Shown: positions 24,786-37,300 of the stretch, piece after piece | Position numbering within the stretch: position 1 is the stretch's first letter | Layout of the letters: every line of letters begins with the position of its first letter | Assembly (NCBI GenBank): GCA_046563655.1 | Contig: JAJCTO010000018.1 | Span: forward strand, 1-64,000 | DNA length: 64,000 nt | Direction of reading: 5' to 3' | DNA from: Yuukianura sp. NJ FZ-2021 | Lineage: Eukaryota | Position numbers and translations under genes: made by a program | The notes under the pieces: generated by a model | What the model saw: only the letters and a program-made list of their open reading frames with translations | What the model was told of the DNA's origin: nothing | Database searches by the model: none

Positions 24786-25759
24786 ATGGAATTCTCGAGA
24801 GTGCAGTTAAACGCGGCCAAGCAAGGCGGATACCTAGAAAAGTATTACGTAAAGTCTGGCATTAAAGTTCCCATAACCCAAAATTTGTCAATGTCAAAGG
24901 GAATGCAAAATGAGCAGGCTTCGTTTCCGTACCTGCTAGAACTAAATGAAGGCGAATGGGACAAGTACTACGCAACAAACTTTAAGCGTGGAGTAGTTGC
25001 AGTTAAGTGTCGCAAAGGTACCTTGCCCGATAAAAAATCAACTGATGAAGACAAGGCAATGTGGAACCCATTTGTTGGACCTATAGCAACTTCTGTCAGG
25101 TTAAATCCTTACAGCAATGTTTCAGATTTCAAGCTAATTTTTTTAATATATACTAGTACGCCGTGCGAAGGAGAAATGTTGGTTGCTGCAACGTCTGAAG
25201 TCAGTTTCCATGAAGATTTATTATCCGTTACACATGATGTCACTGAGCCAAAAATTCTTCCTCCATTGGCATTGGCAACACTCCACATGAACACTCATCG
25301 TTTTGAACAAACCAAGCCTAGCAACTCTCGAAATACAATCTCTAAAAAAACGTCACAAATAACTAGGACTGGGTAATATAACTTTATGTAATCGTTCCCT
25401 TTGTTATTAAATAGTTGCAAGAGGTACTAATGTTGGAATCATTGTGTCTATTGCTAAGGGCACAACGACTAAAATTGAAAAATCTGGAACTCTACATACT
25501 GGAATGTGTCTTCCAAGTGGCAACTAAATACCAAATGAAGCCTCTAGGTCGAAGCGAAGCCAAATGGAAACAAGTGTGCGAAGTTTTACAAAGTCAGAGT
25601 ATTGCCGGAATGATGGACGTGTACAAGTGGGGCAGTGTAAAAAATTATTACTACCTGCAAATTTTGAAAGGTCAACGGTTTAAATTATACTACAAAAGCG
25701 GATCACGAGAATATGATTACTTTGATAATTCATACAAACCAAAGAAAACAACAGTCTAG
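24786..25759 (+). CDS. Unidentified gene or pseudogene (196-aa ORF plus 114-aa ORF)
   Basis: Two adjacent + ORFs separated by an intron-like gt...ag, but the obvious splice is out of phase. The second ORF has AKWKQVCEVL...WGSVKNYY, weakly trihelix/Myb-like. Confidence 0.4.
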
Positions 25760-26285
25760 ACATTTCTTTGTCAAAATTGAATACTATGTTAACTTAAAAT
25801 CACTTGATAATGATAAGTGTATAATGAAAATGATGTTACATCTCATTCTTTTGTTAGCTGTTGTAGAGAGTAGAGCACAACTTTGTAATTGTTCCTCAAG
25901 CATTAAGTGATTTGGATTTCATATAGCAGTGAGCTGTATATATTGACACGTCTTCTTCTCATGGATTTTATTAAGTATTTGTTGCTTGTAAGTGGTACAC
26001 CTACATCTAAAGTGTGAAACATTAGCTCTGCAACTTGGAATTGAATAAACAATAGTGAACAGAACTTCTTGTGACCCCAACGTTCAGCAGTTTGTTATTG
26101 TACAAAATACTAACACATTTTTGACTGCAACGTTTCCTTTCCAATTGGGAATTAACCAATCAATTTGCGATAAATTTCATCGAAGGTAAGCTTTACAAAT
26201 GGCAATATTTAATTTACTTTTATAAAACTTACCGCATTTATATATAAATATATGTACATGTTGTATCTGAACTTATAGGTCCATC

Positions 26286-29200
26286 ATGTCTAAAAGTCGT
26301 TCTAACATGGAAAGTATTCGTTGGCGTCCTGCAGAAACTACCGAGCTGGATAAATATTTAAGGAGCCATACTTCGATTCATACCCCAACGTATGTTGGTT
26401 TTTGGAGTTCATGTAAATTGGTTAAAGTGAGTTGAATATTTTTATATTGAAAGGGAATACTTTTAGTTTTTAATTTGCATTTGGATAAAAGCTACTTTCT
26501 TTTTATTAGAGCGGAGCTAGGTCAGCACAAAGTTGCAAACTTAAGTATTTGCAACTTGCAAAGAAAAATCCCAGCGCTTACAGTCGTTCAAAAAGTGAAC
26601 CAACATATGCATCACAAACCTACACGGACAGCGCTACAACTACAGCTGGCATGAAAACGGAATTGGCTTTGACGCAAGAAAAAACGAAAGTCGAGAAGGA
26701 AACAAAGTCTACTTGTGTTACTACGACAGCTAATACTGAAGAGGAGGAGGAAGGTTAAATTGAATAACGTTTCCATGTAACATTGTCTATGTTGCTAACG
26801 TTTTTGTGTATTGTAGATTCTGAAATTCAAATTACAGCCATTATTCCACCCAAAAAATTGTCATGGTCCCAACCAAAATTGAAGTATCAAGTTGCTGCCA
26901 GTTCAAACGCAAAGATGGAACCCATGTCGGAGGCTACTACTAATGAGGAAGACGATGGCTTTGATGAAGCGTGAGCATTTACAATATTGAGGCCAATTGA
27001 AAGTTGTAGGATTTACTAACATCAACTTAATACACAGGTCTACTGAAAACGGTGCTTCTCTGGTATCATTGAAAGCTGAACAGAAATCAACCCAAGTGCA
27101 AAGTCAAATTTGTGTAAAAAAGGACACAAATGTCCTACAAAAGGTGGTCAAGTTTGGAAACAAATTGAATCAAGGGGAAACAGATTCAGTGGAGAATATA
27201 CCTAGGATCAAGAATGGTACGTCATGAATTTTACCTATAAATTAACAAAGCTTTATAGACAATACTCGTAATTTAGCTTAAGTTAAATAATTTGATCACA
27301 TTTTAGATACAAGTGTAGCCGTTTTTCAGATGAACAGTATCCAATTTAAAAATTACTGTACCATGTACCGCAAGATAAAGTCACAGTCTTCATGTGAAAA
27401 CAGGAACGTTCAACTCATGGCAGAAAATATTGACGGGTTCGTTTACGTCATTAAAATATACCTTTTTTCTAATATATGTATATATATGGAATATATATTT
27501 TCTATACTTTTTGATTTGAAACGTTTTAAAAAATTTCAGCATCGTAGAAATGGTCTACAAACTTCTTGGGTAAGAGGGTATTTTTGTTAAATGTAATTGG
27601 TTGTCAATTTTTAAATTTTTAAAATCTATTATCTGTTCAAGGAATCGTGAGGATTCGACTAAAGAAGAAATGCTTTTGAAAATTTTTCAACCAGACAAGC
27701 AACAATTTGGAGACAACGGAAACATTATCCGACTTTTGGTTTAGTATGTTTTAATATTTATTTACCTTTTCTGTCATACGTGTGATTAGTTTTTTTTTTA
27801 TTGATTTTACAGCAACATATTTTCATGCTACACACACATTAATTTCATTGAAAAGTTGGCCAGCGTTGGATTAACACTCACCAATTTGCAGCCTGGTGCA
27901 GCAGTCGGCGATACAAAGGGAAACCCAACAAGCATTGGTACATTGCAAACTTCTTCAAAAATTGACAATTTACCGCCTGCTTTGCAACCTCACGTCAAAG
28001 CCAAACGCACACTTCCTAATGCCGTAACACATGATTTGCTGAACTCTAATGGCAAGAGATGCAAGAAAGAGCAGAAAGAAGAAACGAGGTTTGCGTCGAC
28101 CGTCGATTTCGATAATCTCAAATCTGATGGAATTTGTGCCAAGAAAAATGAAAAATTTTTGTCGCCAACTAACAAATTACAAAATGAAGAGTCTACAGAT
28201 GGTATTTCTGGAATTATTGAGACATCTGGTGTTGCAATGTTGGATCAAGTCGGAGAAGAAGTAGAAGTTGCAGGCGAAAACCCAGAGGCGGAAATTTCCA
28301 GCCGTATAACTTCTGCTGCAAAAGTTAAAGAGCAATTTCTTTGCAACACTGAAAATGTAGAACATCAGCAAGTATAACTTATATTATATTATATATGCAT
28401 CAATATTACAATTATTTCTCACTTATATCTTATTTTATAGGGGTATGAGTCCATGGTCAATGTCTTTGTAACAAGTTTAATAATATCATATGGACAACAC
28501 AAAGATAGTGGAAATAAAAAACAACAATTGATGAAGGTACTTGGAAAGACAAATGACATGTTTGGTTACTTTGGCGCTCCCTTGTTGCGAAATGCATCTT
28601 ATACCTACGTAAGGAATCATTTATTTTAAAACAAAAATGTCTGACTTTTACATTCTCACATTTCAAATGTTGAAATTAGATGACTGTGGAACAAGTCAGT
28701 CGGAGCACTGTTTTTGTCGAAGCGAACAAATTCTCCAAGGATGTTGTCAAGAAGAAGTTACAGATTGAGATTGGAGAAACAATGGCAAATATGGTTGAAG
28801 TTGGAGACGTCATTGTTGCTAACGACATTTGCTATAGGTCGACAAAGTCTAAGAAGGTGGTGTTGTTCAATCCGTCGTGGAATTTAACCGAAGTGGCCTT
28901 ATTCAAATTGGTATGTCGTATATGATTAAGAGGCTTGAATTAATACGTTCATTTTCAATTTAGTATATACCATACTTTACATTCCCTATTTTTAGAATTA
29001 CGAGGGATTTATGGAAAGGTGCAGCAAGGAATCCTTCAAATTAGCTGGTTCTATGAATGGTGTATACTTGTGCAATCATGATATCCACTTCAACTACATT
29101 TGGGCTAACATTCTGATGAGCAATTTGGAGAACCAGATTGAGATGCATCAGCTTATTAGAGCAACAGAGACTAACAGCAAGTTTCTGTTGAGATTTTGGA

Positions 29201-29454
29201 ATCCCTTCAACAATCAATTTCTACTCAGGTACACTCAAACTCAAGCAGCAAATGACTCGGACTTATTGACTCCATTGTTCAAGTCACACTTAGAATATGT
29301 GGTTGAACCCTCTGCAGTGCACAACTTCTATTTGGAGTATGAAATGCAAGAACTAAAACGAAATGAACGAATGACTATAGAATTTTCCGCCATTTTCAAA
29401 AACAAACCCGCTAAAATTTTTTGTGAAATAGTTTTCCCAATTCATCATGAGTAG
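26286..29454 (+). CDS. Multi-exon protein with N-terminal Myb/SANT-like domain and possible OB fold (paralog B)
   Basis: MSKSRSNMESIRWRPAETTELDKYLRSHTSIHTPTYVGFWSSCKLVK|SGARSAQSCKLKY. Matching intron positions in the conserved blocks and clear similarity to 18082-21046 (VQLMAENIDG, YTHINFIEKL, VEVGDVIVANDIC, KVVLFNPSWNLTEVALFK). Confidence 0.75.
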
Positions 29455-29884
29455 TAACTTGGATAAAATACTACATATTAGCATTGACAAATATTTATTT
29501 ATTTTGTGCTTAAATAAAATTGTGAACAAGTTGACCTTCTATATTTTGAGTGCTCTAGTATGAGTCTATTATTTTCTTCAACTTTATTCTAAGTTTGAAG
29601 TTTGTAAAATACCTTAATTGATTGAAGCAATTTCTCTAACTTTTTTTATGTGACAAAAGTTTAAACACTTCACTCTTGCAATTATTTATCGAACGGTTCA
29701 AAATTCGATTTATAGGAATGGTAAATATAGTACAAGGAAACAGTTGCATCCTAAACCTCGACCAAGTCTGGTGTGTTCATTTCAAGTTTCTAAATCTTTT
29801 CCTTTTTTGGCTCCCTCTAACCTGCTTGGCTTCTTGAGTTTCCTGTTACTAGTACAATACTTTCAATTGGCCCCCACTCCAAGA

Positions 29885-31345
29885 ATGGAGATCTACAAAC
29901 CTGCCAAAAAACTTGGGGATTTACCAAATGAGGCAAGTGTACTTATTCTTGTTTTATTACAAGTCTGCTTTAATCAGAGCTACATTTTACAGGTGATTTT
30001 CATCATATTAAACAAACTGACTGCAAAAGAGTTACTTGAAGCAAGGCATGTGTGCCGTACTTTTCTCCAACAAGCAACCTTGTTATGCAGAAAGAGGCAT
30101 GTACGGCTAAGGCATTCGTGGCATACGGATATTAATGGAATGGCTGTCTTTGATACTTTTAACCCGAATACCAACATTATACCTTGGTCTTGCATGAGGA
30201 TAAACGGAATCATCTCCAAGTACGCTACATGCTTACTGAAGCCGTTTATGCAAAGGTTTTCTACATCTCTGTTGCACGTCGACCTAGCTGACTTCCACGA
30301 GCACCCCGAAAGTATTGATACCCTATTAAGCGTCATACCCAGACAACCTACAGTGTCGGCAACATATACTATTGCTGGTGACGAGTCTCTAGAACGATTT
30401 ACTAGACTGGTTCAAGGATTCAGTACATCATTGATCAAACTTGAAATTTCGCTTGATTCTCCAGAGGCCAAAAATTATTATGAAACATTTCTGAAGCTTC
30501 CTTTGCTGATCAACGTCACACAAATGAAAATTAACATTGAAGAATGGATTGTAGTTGGAGACCCACATGGCGATACCAAAGTTTCATTGCTTTCAAAATT
30601 GTATGGTCACGATTTGCCAAACTTGCAAACAATGATGATTGCGGTCAGAATTTCAAATCCGACAAGAGGATGTCAACTGTTTGGATCAACTGTTTTCTTC
30701 AATGTTACCACACTCTCCATAACAGGATCCTATACACTCATGGATGACTTTTCCAGTATATTTCCAAATGCAAGAATCGTCACACTAATGTGTAACGAAA
30801 TTTATTTGCGGAATAATTGGATTATGAAGAAAGCTGTACATTTGCGTCTTATTTTAACTGCCAATGAAAATGTAGAAATTGAAACTGAATTGGAAGCCTG
30901 TGACACTTTATTTTCATCTAAATACCTTTGGAATATTCCAGGTAAGATAATACGTTTGAATTTGATTTAGTTAATCAACTTTTTTTTCTTTTATTGCCTG
31001 TAACAGCGTTGAAAAAGTTGGAAATATTTTTGTTTCGAATCAACCTCTTGGATACAATTCGCATTGGAGCAAAATCGGACCTCGTTAAACAGTTTGCTTC
31101 CCTTGAAAAACTGGACTATCTTGCGTTTGGACAAATTTCGGTTAGTTTTTATGCATAACACCATGTAAACGAGATGTTTTTAAATATTTTTACACATTTT
31201 TTTTAATTTTTAGTTTACCAAGAAAGCACTAGCCAGATTGGAGGCAGTACATGGACAATGTGTAGTTTATGATCCTCAAACTCTTGAAGATTTAATTTTG
31301 GTTACTAAAGATGATGGCACAGTAGTAGGCCCTTGGTACTATTAA
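29885..31345 (+). CDS. F-box protein with LRR-like C-terminus
   Basis: MEIYKPAKKLGDLPNE|VIFIILNKLTAKELLEARHVCRTFLQQA is an F-box once the GC-AG intron 29933-29992 is removed. Exons 29993-30941, 31007-31140 and 31214-31345 splice in frame to ...VVGPWYY*. Confidence 0.85.
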
Positions 31346-32502
31346 TTAATTCTGGGACTTTTTGGGCTTGCCGTACTATGATTATTATGAGCTGATTGAC
31401 CTGTTCCTCAAGCGTTGATACTTTGCACTTCAGTTGTTCATTTTCCTTTAGAGTCTCTTCATACAACTTCTTGTAGTTAAATTTCCCAGCTATTCCGTTC
31501 TCACTCTTCGGAGAATCCTGACCAGTGCTCGCTCCTCCATCGTCACTCCCGCGATTCTTATTATTATTTACATGCCCTTACAATAAAATTTTTGCGGAAA
31601 AATATCTTGTTGCGTGGCGTAGTACTTAGTAGACAACAATGTTACTAATCAGTAACTTTACCGAACTGTCACTATTGGCCGGAGTTAGTTTTAGCGTTAT
31701 TAGGTTAAATGTTGTAACGACTCTTGTTTTTTCATACAGCAGAGCTTATAAAGGTAGAATCTTTTTATTATACAACTTTGCAAATACGATATACATTAAT
31801 AGTGGCTAACCACAGGACGTTTAAGCATCCATCAAAACTTGGCTGGGTCAGCCCCCTGCAATCAGCACCCTTAGCAACCAACGCAATTTTTGTTTGTGAC
31901 GTCACCAGCTGAAAAACTACCGTAATCGTGATATGTGAACCCGCTGGCATCTATGTAAACAAGACTCGGGTTGTAGGTTTCTATAGGACACCATCATTAA
32001 TACGCAGAATTCCGGTATTTTTAAGCGGGTGACGTCATTTGTTTTCCACATGGCAACCAAACAAACTTTCTGTCCGCACTACCTAGTAGTATCCTATTTA
32101 CCTTGATCTGGGTTATAGTAAATAAACATGTGATTTTTCTATTCTTGATTTTTACATTTCCGATTTCCTTGTTTCTGTTGACCTTTCAATTTTTACTTTA
32201 GGGTTTGTATTTCCAATGTTGTGTTTTCTATAATATTAATCAAACTGCACAAAAACGTCAAGTTAGGTGTACAACACCAGTCGATGTTTTACTTTTGTTT
32301 TTTATTGTTCACCTCTTGCATTTTACACAATCCATGTTCAAAGTTGTTGCTCATGAACTGCAAATAAGAATTGGACAATTGAATTTATACACGTAATTTG
32401 TTAAGCGTAATAGCAGTTGTAAAATAGGTGCTGAAACGAGTGGTCACTTTTGATAGTTGCTCTCATTTTCCTTCAATCCATTGGAATTAAAAACCCCAAA
32501 AA

Positions 32503-33170
32503 ATGGCAGCCAACCATCATCAGGTAGACACTTTTATACATTAACTTGGCACTAATATATTTCATTGTGGATGGAGGTTATTTAAACAATTCAAATTGAT
32601 TATAAACTTTGTCATGATCTCTCATACACAGAGCGATTGGCTGCATGAGAAACTTGAGCCACTCTACGCATGCATTGAGGAGCTATTATCCATTGACGTT
32701 GCAAAACAAATATTGGGAAGCTATACCAAGTTTGAGGTATATACATTTAGGTATACGTATAGCTTGTAGTAATTTATTTCTTGTAAGTCAAATTAATTCA
32801 ACATTATGTTTTCTCAATTCCAGATTCAGCTAGTTGTGTTGAGTCTTCTTTATGAACATGTGCAGGACGGAACCAACATGCAAGAAAGTTTTGTTATTGT
32901 AAGAAGGTGAAAAATATAAAAATTAAAGTATCTGAAGCTTATATGGTTTTACTGAAATTGTAGGACGGAAAGGACACGGAATGTGACAACCTAATTTCTT
33001 TGAAGCTGTCTATGATCAAGGACTACGTGGATGCCCTTCAGATGGTGAACGACATTACATCAACTAACCCACAAGTTGACACAGGTGAAGCTTTCGAAGC
33101 ATTTGCAAGTCTTTATGAGAAGATTATTTTTATATTGCATTTTTTAAGCAAACATTCTAATGACAAGTAA
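32503..33170 (+). CDS. Small 4-exon hypothetical helical protein
   Basis: MAANHHQ|SDWLHEKLEPLYACIEELLSIDVAKQILGSYTKFE|IQLVVLSLLYEHVQDGTNMQESFVI|DGKDTECDNLISLKLSMIKDYVDALQ...HSNDK*, all with phase-0 GT-AG introns. Not in the ORF track. Confidence 0.65.
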
Positions 33171-33599
33171 TTTAAAAGCGTTAAATTGCAAGTAAAATTA
33201 CAGTATTGGTCATTGGTGTTGTGGTTCAAAAAGTATAAACCGTTGTTTATTTGTGACATTTGATACATGGTTCGTCTTGTATATATTTGGTCACTACACT
33301 ATGCGTAAACTGATGTTTTCATTTTTGGTTGATGTGGCTACAAACGTTGCTACTTTGGTGTAGCCGTACGTTGTCCCACAAAATTTAGATGGTTAGTAAA
33401 AGTAATACATGGTAAAAATTAGATTTTAGATCCGACAGTAGAAAAGAGTCACTTCTCTTTTTGATACGGCATGAAAGCGGCAGAAATTTGCAGAATGCGG
33501 ATCAAAGGGTTGCTGAACGCACGTGTTAAGCGTTGAGTTAGTAACAGTAGCCACTCTACACTGGACATGACACTCGGCACTAGACACTATACACATGAC

Positions 33600-33988
33600 C
33601 AGTGTGGGTGGACGCTTAAACGTCCAGTTGCTTAATTGCCACTTCCAGTGGATATCCACTGGAAGAAACGCACCCCAAATGGACGAAACTAAAAGTGGAT
33701 GGAAGAAATCACAAATTTTGCGCAAAATTCAAATCAATTCAAATTTAAATTTACGAAATGATATCAGAAAGCTTTACTTTCGCGATTATAGTTAATATAT
33801 TATTTAAAACGTATTTATAAACGATATATACATAGTTTTTGAACTTTGTTTTCACGTTTCTTAGTTGTTTGTAGTCAATTAATTCAAATTCAGCGGGCAA
33901 AGCTCCGCCCATTTGGATTCATCCATTTCTTCCACTGGATACCCAGCCGTGGATGAAATGACGAAAAAGTGGATATCCACCAACACTG
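33600..33988. mobile_element. Non-autonomous hAT-type MITE (389 bp)
   Basis: TIRs cagtgtgggtgga and tccaccaacactg; exact 8-bp TSD cacatgac at 33592-33599 and 33989-33996; internal palindrome ttccagtggatatccactggaa. Confidence 0.88.
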
Positions 33989-34362
33989 CACATGACATTA
34001 GACAGACGGCATTAGACATTAAGTCCTAAAATCTCAAAGTCATAAAACCCTAAACTGCTGTCTTAAGGGGATGGGAGCCAGCTTTTTTTGACGATTTGCT
34101 GTCAGCCATTGTCCTTAGTATAGTAACAAATCAAAATCACTGCTCAAACTTGCAAAATTCGGCAGTTTCCAGTGGTTGACACACCAAAGTTTTTGGTATA
34201 ATAGGAATTCAAACAACCAAGGACTCAACAACAACCTTGTGCCCATGGAGACCGGTTGATTTCAGTGCCGATATTTGCGAATTGTTGAATAATGTCAGAA
34301 TTACTTCTGTTTTTTCTTATAACTTCTTTATTCTAAGACCTAACAATGGGTTTAAGGTGTCT

Positions 34363-37300
34363 AAAAATCGACAGTGATTATTTCCGACACTAGAAAAACG
34401 ACAGCTCAATTCGCGACACTAGAAAATAGACAGTCCAATTTCCGACAGTAGAAAATCGACAGTCCCAATTTCCGACACTAGAAAATCGACAGTTCCATTC
34501 CAGACACTTGAAAATCGACAGCTCCAGTCGCGACAGTAGAAAATTGTTGTCTCCATTCCCGACACTGGAAAATAGACAGTCCCAATTTCCTACAGTAGAA
34601 AATCGACAGCTTCATTCTCGACAGTTGAAAGTCGACAGTCCCAATTTGCGACAGTAGAAAATCGACAGCTTCATTCTCGACAGTTGAAAGCCGACAGTCC
34701 CAATTTCCGACAGTAGAAAATCAACAGCTCCATTGCCGACGTTAGACAATCGACAGCTCCATTTAAGACACTTGAAAATCGACAGCTCCATTTTCGACAC
34801 TAGAAAATAGACAGTCCAATTTCCGACAGTAGAAAATCGACAGTCAATATTTCCGTCACTAGAAAATAGACAGCTCCATTCCCGACACTAGAAAATCGAC
34901 AGTCCCAATTTCCGACAGTAGAAAATCGACAGTGATTATTTCCGACACTAGAAAAACGACAGCTCAATTCGCGACACTAGAAAATAGACAGTCCAATTTC
35001 CGTCAGTAGAAAATCGACAGTCATTATTTCCGTCACTAGAAAATCGACAGCTCCATTCCAGACACTAGAAAATAGACAGTCCAATTTCCGACACTAGAAA
35101 ATAGACAGCTCCATTCCCGACACTAGAAAATCGACAGTCCAATTTCCGACACTAGAAAATAGACAGTCCAATTTCCGTCAGTAGAAAATCGACAGTCATT
35201 ATTTCCGTCACTAGAAAATCGACAGCTCCATTCCAGACACTAGAAAATAGACAGCTCCATTCCCGACACTAGAAAATCGACAGTCCAATTTCCGACACTA
35301 GAAAATAGACAGTCCAATTTCCGTCAGTAGAAAATCGACAGTCATTATTTCCGTCACTAGAAAATCGACAGCTCCATTCCAGACACTAGAAAATAGACAG
35401 TGCCAATTTCCGACAGTAGAAAATCGACAGTGATTATTTCCGACACTAGAAAAACGACAGCTCAATTCGCGACACTAGAAAATAGACAGTCCAATTTCCG
35501 ACAGTAGAAAATCGACAGTCCCAATTTCCGACACTAGAAAATAGACAGTCCCAATTTCCGACACTAGAAAATAGACAGCTCCATTCCCGACACTAGAAAA
35601 TCGACAGTCCAATTTCCGACACTAGAAAATAGACAGTCCAATTTCCGTCAGTAGAAAATCGACAGTCATTATTTCCGTCACTAGAAAATCGACAGCTCCA
35701 TTCCAGACACTAGAAAATAGACAGTGCCAATTTCCGACAGTAGAAAATCGACAGTGATTATTTCCGACACTAGAAAGTCGACAGTCCCAATTTCGGACAG
35801 TAGAAAATCGACAGCTTCATTCTCGACAGTTGAAAGCCGACAGTCCCAATTTCCGACAGTAGAAAATCGACAGCTCCATTCCCGACACTAGAAAATAGAC
35901 AGTCCAATTTCCGACAGTAGAAAATCGACAGTGATTATTTCCGACACTAGAAAAACGACAGCTCAATTCGCGACACTAGAAAATAGACAGTCCAATTTCC
36001 GACAGTAGAAAATCGACAGTCCCAATTTCCGACACTAGAAAATAGACAGCTCCATTCCCGACACTAGAAAATAGACAGTCCAATTTCCGACAGTAGAAAA
36101 TCGACAGTGATTATTTCCGACACTAGAAAAACGACAGCTCAATTCGCGACACTAGAAAATAGACAGTCCAATTTCCGACAGTAGAAAATCGACAGTCCCA
36201 ATTTCCGACACTAGAAAATAGACAGCTCCATTCCCGACACTAGAAAATCGACAGTCCAATTTCCGACACTAGAAAATAGACAGTCCAATTTCCGTCAGTA
36301 GAAAATCGACAGTCATTATTTCCGTCACTAGAAAATCGACAGCTCCATTCCAGACACTAGAAAATAGACTGCCAATTTCCGACAGTAGAAAATCGACAGT
36401 GATTATTTTTGACACTAGAAAGTCGACAGTCCCAATTTCGGACAGCAGAAAATCGACAGCTTCATTCTCGACAGTTGAAAGCCGACAGTCCCAATTTCCG
36501 ACAGTAGAAAATCGACAGCTCCATTCCCGACACTAGAAAATAGACAGTCCAATTTCCGACAGTAGAAAATCGACAGTCCCAATTTCCGACACTAGAAAAT
36601 AGACAGCTCCATTCCCGACACTAGAAAATCGACAGTCCAATTTCCGACACTAGAAAATAGACAGTCCAATTTCCGTCAGTAGAAAATCGACAGTCATTAT
36701 TTCCGTCACTAGAAAATCGACAGCTCCATTCCAGACACTAGAAAATAGACAGCTCCATTCCCGACACTAGAAAATCGACAGTCCAATTTCCGACACTAGA
36801 AAATAGACAGTCCAATTTCCGTCAGTAGAAAATCGACAGTCATTATTTCCGTCACTAGAAAATCGACAGCTCCATTCCAGACACTAGAAAATAGACAGTG
36901 CCAATTTCCGACAGTAGAAAATCGACAGTGATTATTTCCGACACTAGAAAGTCGACAGTCCCAATTTCGGACAGTAGAAAATCGACAGCTTCATTCTCGA
37001 CAGTTGAAAGCCGACAGTCCCAATTTCCGACAGTAGAAAATCGACAGCTCCATTCCCGACACTAGAAAATAGACAGTCCAATTTCCGACAGTAGAAAATC
37101 GACAGTGATTATTTCCGACACTAGAAAAACGACAGCTCAATTCGCGACACTAGAAAATAGACAGTCCAATTTCCGACAGTAGAAAATCGACAGTCCCAAT
37201 TTCCGACACTAGAAAATAGACAGCTCCATTCCCGACACTAGAAAATAGACAGTCCAATTTCCGACAGTAGAAAATCGACAGTGATTATTTCCGACACTAG

